64,000 bases of DNA. Source: Eledone cirrhosa. Taxonomy: Eukaryota. Both the position numbers and the translations under genes were made by a program. How positions within the stretch are numbered: the first letter of the stretch is position 1; each line of letters opens with the position of its first letter. The stretch covers positions 74,090,001 to 74,154,000 of the forward strand of contig OZ024740.1 of assembly GCA_964016885.1 (NCBI GenBank), read 5' to 3'. Positions 1 through 14,356 of the stretch are shown one piece after another. The notes below the pieces were generated by a model. The model had not been told where the DNA came from. It saw only the letters and a program-made list of their open reading frames with translations, and did no database searches.

Positions 1-730
1 GCATATGAAACAGGTCAGTTTCAAGAAATCCAAAGTAATGGTGAATAGCACAAGTAGCACCTGTGTCAACATCCCCATGAATGGACATTCATTGGAGGAA
101 GTGTCCATTTTCAAATACTTGGGATTAGTCTTACCAAAAGATGGTACCTGCAATGCAGAAATCCACATACAGATTGCCACAGCTATGGCAGTGATGGCCA
201 AATTGGCAAGAATATGGAGGAGCAATATCAGTTTTCAGACCAAATAGAGATTGTATAAATTGCTGGTTGTCTCTGTCCTCCTATATGAGTGTGAGATCTG
301 GACACTTTTGGCAAAAATAGAGAGAAGGATCTAGGCGTTTGAGAACAAATGCATGAGAAAACACCTTCTTATTTCCTATTGGGAGCATAAAACCAATGAA
401 TTAGTGCAGAGAAAGGTTGAAAGTTTTGTGGTTCACCAGGAACCTCTCCTCGCCACTGTCAAGAGGAGGAAACTGGCATGGTTTGGCCACATCACATGAT
501 ATGACAGCCTATGCAAGAGCATCATGCAAGGTAACGTTGAGAGTGGATGCAGGGGGGGGGGGGTCACCAACGCAAAAACTGGTTGGACAATTTCAAAGAA
601 TGGATGCAAATGACGACACCAGACTTGTTGGCGGTCACCATTGATAGACTATTTTGAATGTGTGTTGCTTCTGCAGTAGGATTCCCCCAACGACTACAGA
701 AGTCAAGGGACTGAGGATGATGATGATGAT
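1..730 (+). mobile_element. Decayed RTE-clade LINE, 3' part of RT plus (GAT)n tail; no PHD insert
   Basis: Translates KKSKVMV..LEEVSIFKYLG..LLYECEIWTL..AFENKCMR..RRKLAWFGH with stops and frameshifts; ends in gatgatgat. Confidence 0.85.
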
Positions 731-984
731 ACATATATACATATACACATATATATACATATACACATATATATACAAATATATACATATATATACATAT
801 ATATATATACATATATACATACAATATATACACACATATATATATACAATATATATACACATATATACAATATATATACACATATATACAATGTATATAC
901 ACATACATATATACAATATATATACACATACATATATACATATATCATCATCCTCGTTTAACGTCCACTTTCCACACTAGCATG

Positions 985-1043
<59 letters not shown>
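731..1043. repeat. (TA)n/(TACA)n microsatellite with a short RTE tail remnant at about 945-985
   Basis: Direct reading. Confidence 0.95.
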
Positions 1044-1051
<8 letters not shown>

Positions 1052-2174
1052 AGATCAAAAGATGGTTAAAGGAGTTCCATGTATTTTATTATGCGCATTT
1101 CAAAAACAAACATCATCATGCAATAATATTTGTGTTTGCATCAGATAAAACAGGAGAACATGATATGAAGGCTAAAAAACACTTGTGGATAGTGCAGTTT
1201 TAAATCAACATATGAAAAGTGGTTTTAGATTGATGTGTGATATTGGGAAAAATATTTTATTTAGAGAGGGGGTGGGTGGAAAGGATGAAAAAGGGGAGGA
1301 GATGAGAGGGAGAGATGGGTGATAGAGAGAAAGAGATAGTTTTTATAACTGAGAGGAGATATATTGTTTTACATAGAGAGGTTGAAAACCGTTGGAAGAT
1401 AATGTATAAATTAAAAAAATTTGAAAATTAACGAAAGGAGGATATGTGCGAGGAAAAAGTATTTTATTTAGGGGGGTGGGTGCAAAGGATGAAAAAAAGG
1501 GGGAGGAGGTGAAGGTGGAGAGGGAGAGATGGGTGATAGAGAGAAAGAGATAGTTTTTATAACTGAGAGAAAGATATATTGTTTTACATAGAGAGAGGTT
1601 GAGAACCGTTGGAAGATAATGTATAAATTAAAGGAATTTGAAAATTAACGAAGGGAATTTATGTATGAAGATAGAGAGAAGAAATAATAATTGTGGATGA
1701 ATATTCTAACGTCAAAAAAGGGTATGTTGATAAGTATTGTGGCAATTTCAAAATTAACGAAGAGAAAAATTATTAAGGTTTGTGTGTAGAAGGATTTGAG
1801 AAAAATAATGTGAAGTTAAAGTTTGTATATTGGAGGAATTGATAATATATGCGAATAAAGAGTTAATATGTATTAAGAATGAGTTCGTTGATGGGGAGAA
1901 AAAAATAATAAATTAAGGATGAAATTGAGATTAAAAAGATTTATGATAGAGAGAAAAAAAATAATGATTGCGGATGAATATTCTAACGTAAAAAAACAGA
2001 TGTATATGTTATGAAGGATTTTACAAGGTGAAGATAGAATGAGGGTAATGAGTAAACAAGTATTATAGAGTGTATAATGCCCTTTAAAGTATGGTAGGAA
2101 GATGGGTATATTTTAAAGAGGTGTATGTATATGTGCCTTTGAGAAAAGATTCTAAATTGATAAAGAATTGAATA

Positions 2175-3090
2175 TTAACTGTATACTTTGTGAAAAGTTC
2201 TATGGAATTTATGCAGGCAGATAGAAAACAAATCTGTACGTCTATTTATTATAGAATCTAGGTTAGAGATAATGGTAAATTTTTCATTTAGGCAGAGATT
2301 ACAGATTTTAGATAGAGAGCTGTTCAAGTATGAGGATGCAGAAGAAACCTTCTTCCAAAAGATGGTATATTTAATGTTTTTGTCTTTTAAGGACCATATG
2401 AGTTCTGAGAGAGCAGTGTTGGTTCTTTTAAGTTTGTATTTGAAAGATGAATGATGATTATAGAGACGAGCTTTAAAAGAGGTGGAAGTGGAGCCAAAAT
2501 AGGTGAAGGAATTGGTGCTAGTTATAATTTTACATTCATAAATTAAGTTTTTATCGAGACAATGGTTGTTGAGAGGACATTTATTTTTAATGCGGCAGTT
2601 GCAATTAGAGAGATTATTAATGAGTGACCTAGTGTTATCTATAGAAGGAATTGGATTGGAGAAGTTGTTTGCGATAGGAATAATAGGAATAATAGTTTCT
2701 TGATTTAGAGTTGGATTATGAACATTTAGCGAAGTTGTGTTTGACGTTGTATTTGGGTTTACAGAAGTTAGCCTAGGGTTTACAATGACGTCGGGAGTAC
2801 TATTACTGTTATTATGAAATTCAATGTTGGAAGGAAGAGATTTAGTATTTAGTATTTTATTGTTGTGTTTAGAGATGATGTTGGAAATATTGGAGGATGT
2901 GGAATAAGAAAATTTGATGGTGTGTTTGTTAAATATTTTACTATAGATATGTGAGGGAGGGAAGCATTTATTTAAGGGACTAAAAAATAATTTAGGAATA
3001 TTGTTATTAATAGAGATGGAGAAAGGAGCATTATACCAGATTATGTTTTTGTATCTAGGTCTTTTATTAAAATTATTGGAATGATCATGA
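2175..3090 (-). pseudogene. C-terminal part of a PLE ORF: linker, Cys motif and GIY-YIG endonuclease
   Basis: Manual translation NIIWYNAPFS...CNCRIKNKCPLNNHCLDKNLIYECK..YFGSTSTSFKARLYNH..TALSELIW..CNLCLNEK..CLHK*; absent from the ORF track, apparently for lack of a start codon. Confidence 0.85.
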
Positions 3091-4420
3091 TCTTTTAAAG
3101 CTCGTCTCTATAATCATCATTCATCTTTCAAATACAAACTTAAAAGAACCAACACTGCTCTCTCAGAACTCATATGGTCCTTAAAAGACAAAAACATTAA
3201 ATATACCATCTTTTGGAAGAAGGTTTCTTCTGCATCCTCATACTTGAACAGCTCTCTATCTAAAATCTGTAATCTCTGCCTAAATGAAAAATTTACCATT
3301 ATCTCTAACCTAGATTCTATAATAAATAGACGTACAGATTTGTTTTCTATCTGCCTGCATAAATTCCATAGAACTTTTCACAAAGTATACAGTTAATATT
3401 CAATTCTTTATCAATTTAGAATCTTTTCTCAAAGGCACATATACATACACCTCTTTAAAATATACCCATCTTCCTACCATACTTTAAAGGGCATTATACA
3501 CTCTATAATACTTGTTTACTCATTACCCTCATTCTATCTTCACCTTGTAAAATCCTTCATAACATATACATCTGTTTTTTTACGTTAGAATATTCATCCG
3601 CAATCATTATTTTTTTTCTCTCTATCATAAATCTTTTTAATCTCAATTTCATCCTTAATTTATTATTTTTTTCTCCCCATCAACGAACTCATTCTTAATA
3701 CATATTAACTCTTTATTCGCATATATTATCAATTCCTCCAATATACAAACTTTAACTTCACATTATTTTTCTCAAATCCTTCTACACACAAACCTTAATA
3801 ATTTTTCTCTTCGTTAATTTTGAAATTGCCACAATACTTATCAACATACCCTTTTTTTGACGTTAGAATATTCATCCACAATTATTATTTCTTCTCTCTA
3901 TTTTCATACATAAATTCCCTTCGTTAATTTTCAAATTCCTTTAATTTATACATTATCTTCCAACGGTTCTCAACCTCTCTCTATGTAAAACAATATATCT
4001 TTCTCTCAGTTATAAAAACTATCTCTTTCTCTCTATCACCCATCTCTCCCTCTCCACCTTCACCTCCTCCCCCTTTTTTTCATCCTTTGCACCCACCCAC
4101 CCTAAATAAAATACTTTTTCCTCGCACATATCCTCCTTTCGTTAATTTTCAAATTTTTTTAATTTATACATTATCTTCCAACGGTTTTCAACCTCTCTAT
4201 GTAAAACAATATATCTCCTCTCAGTTATAAAAACTATCTCTTTCTCTCTATCACCCATCTCTCCCTCTCATCTCCTCCCCTTTTTCATCCTTTCCACCCA
4301 CCCCCTCTCTAAATAAAATATTTTTCCCAATATCACACATCAATCTAAAACCACTTTTCATATGTTGATTTAAAACTGCACTATCCACAAGTGTTTTTTA
4401 GCCTTCATATCATGTTCTCC

Positions 4421-4490
4421 TGTTTTATCTGATGAAAACACAAATATTATTGCATGATGATGTTTGTTTTTGAAATGCGCATAATAAAAT
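4421..4490 (+). ncRNA. Type I hammerhead ribozyme motif in PLE 3' region
   Basis: ttttat-CTGATGA-long stem II-GAAA-tgcgca-TA-ataaaa; stem I ttttat/ataaaa, palindromic stem III. Confidence 0.75.
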
Positions 4491-4685
4491 ACATGGAACT
4501 CCTTTAACCATCTTTTGATCTTATATTATGTATACTCCAGTCCTACAAACTGTAGAGTGCTTCTTATCCGATATCTGCATTGCTTTATTGTACTACAATA
4601 AAACTAACCTCCTACATATATATATATATATACATACATATATATACATTCATACATATACATATATATACATATACACATATGC

Positions 4686-4909
4686 AAAGTGGTCATGGAG
4701 GTGCCACGGCAAAAAAGCACCCAGCCCACACTGTAAATGAGGTTGGTGTTAGGAAGAGCATCCAGCTGTAGAAATCAAGCCAGAATCAGTTCCTGTATGA
4801 GCAAGACAAGATCAGCTGACTGGACACTCCCCACAACAGGACATCCCGTCTAGCCCATGCTAGCGTGGAAGAGCGGACGTAAAACGATGATGATGATGAT
4901 GATGATGAT
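4686..4909 (+). mobile_element. RTE 3'UTR / SINE tail fragment ending in (GAT)n
   Basis: Matches the 3'UTR of the LINE at 14357-14660 and the SINE tails. Confidence 0.85.
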
Positions 4910-5020
4910 ACATATACATACATATACATATATTCATATATATATAAATATATATATACATATATATACATAAATATATATACATATATATACATATACA
5001 TACACATATATATACCCATA

Positions 5021-5630
5021 TATGGTGGCTGCCAACTCGTTTTCGAGTACGGCCACTACTTTATATCCATGTAGGAGAACCCCTACCGATGCGCTGAACA
5101 AGTGTGACTTTTTAGGCAGCCAGCGACTTGAAAACTCTGGTACAAACACTACACCTGTGACAATTATTGACACATAATGCTGGGCCCATGGTACCATGTG
5201 ATGACAAGTGCAGAGAGATCTTCAGATACAAAGCAATGCCTGTGCCATGAAGTTTTTATAGTGAGCAAAGGCACTGCACAAAGCCAGTCCCACTCTCTTA
5301 ACCAAGATGATATTTGCTAAAAAGAAAAACAAGTCAACATCATTGGATACCATCAGGGTTGCAGGTGTTATATCAGAGTTTTCCTTCTCCGAGAATTCTG
5401 CCTTGACAAAGGCTAAGGGGTCATCTCTCCCGGTGATTTTGGATGGCCATTGACTCTTAAGAGCTCCTTTGCCCTTTGACAGGTTTTGTTTTTAGTCCTG
5501 CAGGATGTCCAAAGTCACCCTCCTCACCAAGAAACCTTGGTGGGGTTGCCAGTTTAGTCGCCAACGGCCCGACTATGAGACAGGTTGTACTGGGATACAT
5601 GTTACCAGTAGCACCAACTGGTGACCTGAC
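5021..5630 (-). mobile_element. Non-coding ~610 bp repeat with RTE 5'UTR-like motifs (copy 1)
   Basis: Near-identical to 11835-12442 and 55858-56265; minus strand carries ggcgactaaactgg and ggagaaggaaaactctga. Confidence 0.7.
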
Positions 5631-5902
5631 TATACATACATACACATATATATACACATATATATATATACATACATACACATATATATGCATATAAACC
5701 AACCAAACAGTGAGTGTGTTCTGTTATTATTTCTAGCAATATTATTACAACATGACGCTCCCCAAGTATAACAATATATGCATATATATTATATATATAT
5801 ATATACACATATATATACACACACACACATATATATATATGTTGACTAAGATTGAAACCCTGACCAGGATGACTGCCGTCTCTAACACCTAACACTAGAC
5901 CA

Positions 5903-5933
<31 letters not shown>

Positions 5934-5934
<1 letters not shown>

Positions 5935-7521
5935 TAGCGTAAAAGTTGGTGTCCATCAGGGCTCTGTTCTTAGCCCCCTACTATTTATTATTGCCCTTCA
6001 GGCTATAACAGAGGAGTTCAAGACCGGCTGCCCATGGGAACTCCTATACGCAGATGATCTAACGCTCATAGCTGAATCAATGACCGAGCTAGAGAAGAAA
6101 TTCCAAACATGGAAGCACGGCCTAGAATCAAAAGGCCTTAAAATTAACCTGGCTAAGACTAAAGTTCTAGTTTGTAGGAAAGAATATAAGGCGGCGGTCC
6201 CTTCCGGGAAATGGCCATGCTCAGTGTGTAGGAAAGGTGTAGGTAGAAACTCCATTTTATGTCCCAAATGCAAAGTATGGGTGCATAAAAGATGTAGTGG
6301 GATCACAGGTAAGCTAACTAAGAACATAGATTTTACATGTGGCCGGTGCTCTTGTGCAATAAGTAGCAGCAAGTGCCCACTAAATACTAGCTCTTTCAAT
6401 TGCGCAGAGGGTTCTATAGAAATAGTGGACAGCTTCCGTTACCTGGGTGACAAAATCACCAGTGGGGAGGGTGCTCTGAGGTGCTCTGAAAGTACATTAG
6501 CTAGAGTCAGAACTGGATGGAAAAAGTTCAGAGAGCTTATACCACTATTAGCCGCTAAAGGGTTCTCCCTAAAAATGAAAGGCAGGTTGTATGATGCCTG
6601 CATACGAATAGCAATGCTGCATGGCAGTGAGACCTGGGCATTGTGTGCAGAGGATATACGCAGACTAGAGAGGAACGAAGCTTGCATGCTCCGTTGGATG
6701 TGTAATAGTAATATACGTGAACGGCAAAGCATAAACGAACTAAGGAAAAAATTAGAAATAAGAGGGATCAGATGTTGTTTACTCGAGAGAAGGCTACGTT
6801 GGTATGGTCACGTGATGCGCATGAAAGACGACAGCTGTATAACAAAGTGCAGGGCAATAAAGATAGACGGTAGCCACGGAGTAGGCAGACCCAGAAAAAC
6901 CTGGGACGACTTGATAAATTCCGACCTCACACGCTTACACCTCTCCAAGACAATGTCACTGGACCAAGACCTTTGGCGGTACTCAGTAATAGAGAAGACC
7001 CGCCTTACCTAAATACAAAGTAAAACCTACTACATCAGCAGGCATCTCTAACAAAATACACCCCCGTCCCACTACCCCATCCACACCGCCCCTTTCAATG
7101 TAAAGTTATGTTGGTGCCACAACATCCAGGTCGAAACAAATGAGATCGTGTAGGTGTCACGACAAAAAAAAACACAGTACACGCTGTAATGTGGCCGTGT
7201 AGCCAACACGGTAAAAACCTCCCAGCCCCACACTGTAAATGTGGTTGGTGTTAGGAAGGGCATCCAGCTGTAGAAAACCCGCCAGACAGTCCTATGCGAG
7301 CAAGACAATCACTCTTGCCTCAAGTGGGAAAACCCCCGTCCAAACCCATGCAAGCGTGGAACACGGACGTTAAACGTTGATGATGATGATGATGATATAT
7401 ACCCGCCAGACAGTCCTATACGAGCAGGACAACAAATCTTGCCTCAAGTGGGAAAACTCCCGTCCAAACCCATGCAAGCGTGGAAGATGGACGTTAAGCG
7501 ATGATGATGATGATGATGATG
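5934..7521 (+). mobile_element. RTE LINE subfamily A, 5'-truncated, with a duplicated 3' tail
   Basis: GVHQGSVLSP, YADD, PHD-like insert, LRWYGHV; 3'UTR and (GAT)n tail; tail repeated at about 7401-7521. Confidence 0.92.
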
Positions 7522-7715
7522 ATATGTAAATATATATATATATAAGAATTAAAATACTAGAGTGTGTTGGAGTTAAACACCCTCTTCGTATTATAGAAAT
7601 GACAGTAATAATAAATTGATAATTTTTAGCCGATAATTTTCCTATACTTAATTGTATGTACACTCCATATTCTTCTGAGTTTCTGGCTTGTATTGGCCGA
7701 TAGTGCTTCTTATAG

Positions 7716-7769
7716 CTTTAATTGCCCTGATGAGTCCTTAATAGGACGAAACATTGTTGGCTAATAAAG
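7716..7769 (+). ncRNA. Minimal type I hammerhead ribozyme motif
   Basis: gcc-CTGATGA-gtcct taat aggac-GAAA-cattGTT-ggc; stem I extends to cttta/taaag. Confidence 0.8.
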
Positions 7770-7806
7770 ACTTTTGATGTATTGAAGGCTTCTTTGGTTT
7801 ATTTTC

Positions 7807-7856
<50 letters not shown>

Positions 7857-8030
7857 AATATATATATTCATATCATCATCATCATCATCATCACCTATAT
7901 ATATATATATCTATATCCAAAATTAAGATAAATTAAATGAATTTAATCTAAATCGAAATTGTGGGTGTCATGTCATAACGGCATGCGCCATATCGCTAGG
8001 AAATAAGCTCAAAGATATATCCGAGCATTT

Positions 8031-8168
8031 TATAATAACTAGAAATTGATTAACATATAAATATACATGAATAATCACAGGAGATTATGCGTGGTTACAC
8101 GCGTGTAAAAATTATCTCCTGTGATTATTCATGTATATTTATATCTTAATCAATTTCTAGTTATTATA
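8031..8168. repeat. Fold-back inverted repeat, ~55 bp arms
   Basis: tataataactagaaattg...caggagat is mirrored by atctcctg...caatttctagttattata. Confidence 0.9.
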
Positions 8169-8410
8169 TTCATATATATATATATATATATTTATTTTGT
8201 TTTTATCATTTATTTTGTTTGACCTGTTTAGTTTGATTTGTTTTTTTGGCTTAGGTGGTTAATGCCTTCTTGACCACTTTTTCAGTTTGTATGGCGTTTT
8301 AACATATTGTTTAGCTCTAGTTTTCTTAACTATTGGAGCGCTTGCCAGCATTTCTACGATTTTGCGTTTCGTTTCGCTTTTTCTACCAGCTGAAATACGA
8401 TTCTCGCTGA

Positions 8411-8923
8411 ATTTATATTTATATATATTTATATATATATATATACATATATATACATATATATATATATATACATATATATACATATATACATATATAT
8501 ATACATATATACATATATATACATATATATACATATATATATATACATATATATACATATATATACATATATCTATACATATATACATATATATACATAT
8601 ATATACATATATATATACATATATATACATATATATATACATATATATACATATATCTATACATATATACATATATATACATATATATACATATATATAT
8701 ACATATATATACATATATATATACATATATATACATATATCTATACATATATACATATATATACATATATATACATATATATATACATATATATACATAT
8801 ATATACATATATATATACATATATCTATACATATATACATATATATACATATATACATATATATACATATATATACATATATATATACATATATCTATAC
8901 ATATATATATATTTATATATATT

Positions 8924-8955
<32 letters not shown>

Positions 8956-9198
8956 TATACATATATATACATATATATACTTATATATACATATATACAT
9001 ATATATACATATATACATATATATACATATATATATACATATATATACATATATATATATTTATATATACATATATATACATATATATATATTTATATAT
9101 ACATATATATACATAAATATACATATATATATATTTATATATACATATATATATATTTATATATACATATATATACATATATATATATTCATATATAC

Positions 9199-9245
<47 letters not shown>

Positions 9246-9344
9246 CATATATATACATATATATATATTTATATATATATATATATACATATATATACAT
9301 ATATATATAATATATACATATATATATATATACATATATATATA

Positions 9345-9395
<51 letters not shown>

Positions 9396-9418
9396 CATAT
9401 ATATACATATATATATAC

Positions 9419-9465
<47 letters not shown>

Positions 9466-9472
9466 TATATAC

Positions 9473-9505
<33 letters not shown>

Positions 9506-9520
9506 CATATATATACATAT
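8411..9520. repeat. (TA)n/(TACA)n microsatellite
   Basis: Direct reading. Confidence 0.97.
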
Positions 9521-10972
9521 ATAACTTTGAATAACTTTGAAATGTTTTGGCCAGTATTGGCCCAGGCCATGTCTAACTTAATAGCACCACCTGGCGAAGT
9601 CTTTCAATTCAGGATTTGGGCACCATGGCCCATTCGAGAAGAGAATTACTGTTTGCGGAGACATATCCGGGTGTGGGTGGTTTGTCCGGGATTACTTGGA
9701 GGAATTTGTCCAAAGACTTCTTGAATTTTGTGTGGTCAGTTTCTGTTTTGACGTGTCCTGGTGTGATGTTGAAGAGAGCAGGGCCGATTGAGGTGAAATA
9801 ATTGTGCCGTATTGTTGTTATGAGTTGCGATTTAGATTTTTGAATGGGACGGATAGCACGGGGCCCAAGCCTTGGGTGTATCTTGAAGGCGATGCCAACA
9901 TCATTTGGGCAGTGATGATGGAACATTTTCCACATCATGCAGATAATATAACGCTCACGGCGACGTTGGAGTGAGTAAAGTTTCAGGTTTTCTAGTCGAC
10001 CCCAGTAGTCAAGGTCTGACATGCCATCTATCTTTTTCGTGATTGCCCTTTGAGGAGCTTCAAGTTTCATGATACTTTGTTTCGTGTGGGGAGACCACAG
10101 TGGACAACAGTATTCAAGGTGTGGTCGGGCAAAAGTAGAGAAGAGAAGGATAATGGTGTGGGAATCTCTCGACTGGAAGGTTCTGAGGATCCAGGAATAC
10201 ATTCTGCGGGCCATGTCAACTTTGCTGCTTATATGCGTGGCCCAGCTTATGTTGCTGTCCACGGTTACTCCCAAGTCTCTGATGTTGTTAGATGCCACGA
10301 GAGTTTCCCCGGAGAGAAGGGAGTACGAGAGTTTCAGAGCATCCTCTTTTCCAAAGTGGATCAGTTCAAATTTGTCTTCGTTCAGTAACATGTTGTTCTT
10401 TTCCGCCCATTGTGTAACAGCCAGTAGGTCTGACTGAAGGCTTATCCGGTCATCCATGCCATTGATGACCTTTTGGAGCTTGGAATCATCAGCGAAAATT
10501 TTAATGTTGCTGTGTTTGATGATGTCAGTGATGTCATTAATATAGATGATGAAGAGAAGTGGGCCCAACACAGTGCCTTGTGGGACCCCACTACTGACTT
10601 TGGCTGGGCTGGATTTGACTCCTTCAACTACAACATGTTGGGTTCTATTTGACAGGAAGCTCTTGATCCACTGCAGCAGCTTTCCAGTGACACCAATATT
10701 GGACAGCTTTCTCAGTAGAATGTTATGATCAACCCTGTCAAAGGCCTTGCTGAAATCAAGGTAGATAACATCAGTGTTGGAACCCTCTCCCAAGGCTCTC
10801 AAAATGTCATCAAAGTGATGCAGTAGCTGCGTCAGGCAATCCCTTCCATTACGGAATCCATGCTGGTTGGAGTTCAGCATATTGTTACTCTCAAGGAAGT
10901 GGGTCATTCGCGATCTCACCACTCTCTCAAATACCTTAATGATATGAGAGGTGAGTGAGATTGGACGGTAAT
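9521..10972 (-). mobile_element. CR1-group LINE, 5'-truncated, RT to C-terminus open
   Basis: [47 protein letters not shown]; short tandem tail (ttcaaagtta)2. Confidence 0.9.
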
Positions 10973-11834
<862 letters not shown>

Positions 11835-11836
<2 letters not shown>

Positions 11837-12442
11837 GGTGGCTGCCAACTCGTTTTCGAGTACGGCCACTACTTTATATCCATGTAGGAGAACTCCTACT
11901 GATGCGCTAAACAAGTGTGACTTTTTAGTCCAGCCAGCGACTTGAAAACTCTGGTACAAACACTACACTTGTGACAATTATTGACACATAGTGCTGGGCC
12001 CATTGTACCATGTGATGACAAGTGCAGAGAGATCTCCAGATATAAAGCAATGCCTGTGCTGTGAAGCTTTTATAGTGAGGAAAGGCACTGCACAAAGCCA
12101 GTCCCACTCTCTTAACCAAGATGATATTTACCAAAAAGAAGAACAAGTCAACATCATTGGATACCATCAGGGTTGCAGGTGTTATATCAGAGTTTTCCTT
12201 CTCCTAGAATTCTGCCTTCACAAAGGCTAAGGGGTCATCTCTCCCGGTGATTTTGGATGGCCATTGACTCTTAAGAGCTCCTTTGCCCTTTGACAGGTTT
12301 TGTTTTTAGTCCTGCAGGATGTCCAGTCACCCTCCTCACCAAGAAACCTTGGTGGGGTTGCCAGTTTAGTCGCCAACGACCCGACCATGAGACAGGTTGT
12401 ACTGGGATACATGTTACCAGTAGCACCAACTGGTGACCTGAC
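11835..12442 (-). mobile_element. Non-coding RTE 5'UTR-like repeat (copy 2)
   Basis: Aligns end to end with 5021-5630. Confidence 0.7.
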
Positions 12443-12463
12443 ATATATATATATATATATACC

Positions 12464-12498
<35 letters not shown>

Positions 12499-12499
12499 C

Positions 12500-12585
<86 letters not shown>

Positions 12586-12587
12586 CC

Positions 12588-12668
<81 letters not shown>

Positions 12669-12673
12669 CATAT

Positions 12674-12843
12674 TGTTATACTTGGGGAGGGTCATATTTG
12701 TGTAATATTGCCAGAATTAATAACAAAACACACTCACTGTATGGTTGCTTTTCACTTCTCGCTTCTGTGTCTTTTATATCGGTAATCTAACTTACTCGGT
12801 CCTCAATGTTGCCATTGACTGACCGACGGTCAAAAATAATACA
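12674..12843. mobile_element. Possible short solo LTR (TGTTAT...ATACA); partial inverted relative at about 5697-5775
   Basis: TG...CA ends and a second diverged copy in the window. Confidence 0.35.
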
Positions 12844-12870
12844 GATACAATATAGACACAAACACATATA

Positions 12871-12926
12871 TATAGTTTATCATAAATCTTTCGTTGCACA
12901 TCTGCAACATCGTCAGTGGTGCTATA
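12871..12926 (-). ncRNA. Type I hammerhead motif in the 3'UTR of a PLE
   Basis: Minus strand: ca-CTGACGA-t-gttgca gatg tgcaac-GAAA-gatTTA-tg; distal tatag/ctata pairing. Confidence 0.7.
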
Positions 12927-13155
12927 TTTTCCTCCTGTTGTATTGTATGTCTACGCTATTTTTATTCAGTCTGTCTATATATTTATTTATTTATTTGGTT
13001 GTTTGTTTATTTTATTTTGTCTTCTTTGCGCATGCGTTTGCATGTGTGTATAGTGTTTTGTATGCTGTGTGATGGGTGACTAGTGTGTGTTTATGTGCTT
13101 GTTGTTATTGTGCTTGTGTATGTATTTATTTATTTATTTTATTTTATTTACTTAT

Positions 13156-14047
13156 TTATACTTCTCTTCGGTCAGTGTTGTTTGTTTGGGTGTTGTTGTT
13201 ATTCCATTCATTCTTTCTGTTTAGCCTTGGTCTTCTAATTTCTATTTCACTGGCCTCTCTGATTTGCCTATCTGTTGGGTCATTTCTATGTTTAGATATT
13301 ATTCTAATTTCTATGTTGTCTATGTTACCATCATGTTGTTGTCTAGCATGTTTGTATAGTACTGACCCGTTTTTTCGTCCTTTTAGTTCCCCCCAGTGTT
13401 GGTCTATCCTTTCACCTATGCTACGAGCTGTCTCACCTATGTATGTTGTTGTCATGTTTCTGCAAGTACCCTCTGTACATCTTATGCTATAGACTACGTT
13501 TCTAGTTTTACAGTTTATCCGGGGATTCACCTTACATATGATACATTTCCTATTGGTACAGTGGGTTTTCTTAAAAGGGTAGGTTTTGCTGATCAGGGAT
13601 TTTATGGTGGTTCCTGGCTTTTCTACCACCTTAATCTTTAAGTGGGTCTGTCTCAGGGCCTTTCTACACTGGTTAGCTAATTTCCCTCCAGGGGTAGCAT
13701 CCACAAACATGACACTCTGGTATCTCTGGTTGTCGTACCATGAGGTGGCTTTCCCTATCTTATGTCTAGCCCTATCTAAGCTATTCCATGATTTGCTCCT
13801 GTATAATGAGCAAATTCCTTTCATGTCCAGTTCTATGAGGGTCTTATACTTCTCCATGGCTCCTTCGTATACTCTGATTCTGTCTCTTTGGTTGTAGCCA
13901 GAGAACTGCATGCGGTTGATGAAGTGTTGGATGTGTCTTTCCATTTCTGTTGGGTCGCACGTGCGGGACACATTCTTCATCACTCGTACCAAGTCTGCGA
14001 TCAGAATATTAAACTTAGCACTACTGGACATTGCTGAGTTTTTGAGT
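13156..14047 (-). mobile_element. Penelope-like element ORF, 3' part (RT thumb, Cys cluster, GIY-YIG); different subfamily from 2175-3090
   Basis: [63 protein letters not shown]; the ORF track's N-terminus is microsatellite. Confidence 0.9.
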
Positions 14048-14156
14048 ATATATATATATATACATATATATATACATATATATACATATATATATATACA
14101 TATATATATATACATATATACACATATATATATACACACATATATATATACACATA

Positions 14157-14210
<54 letters not shown>

Positions 14211-14243
14211 CTATATATACATATATATATATACTATATATAC

Positions 14244-14314
<71 letters not shown>

Positions 14315-14356
14315 TATATACATATATATATATATACTATATATACATATATATAT

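Larger units (their letters stand above)
1044..4529. mobile_element. Penelope-like element, 5'-truncated, with an inverted duplication of its 3' end (arms about 1044-2480 and 3091-4529)
   Basis: Near-identical ~1.44 kb inverted arms (identical ORFs 2272..2454+ and 3117..3299-); GIY-YIG coding spacer; hammerhead motif near each outer end. Confidence 0.88.

Noticed and set aside
2272-3299. Identical 60-aa ORF pair as a duplicated gene
   Set aside because: Antisense shadow of the GIY-YIG frame within the inverted arms.
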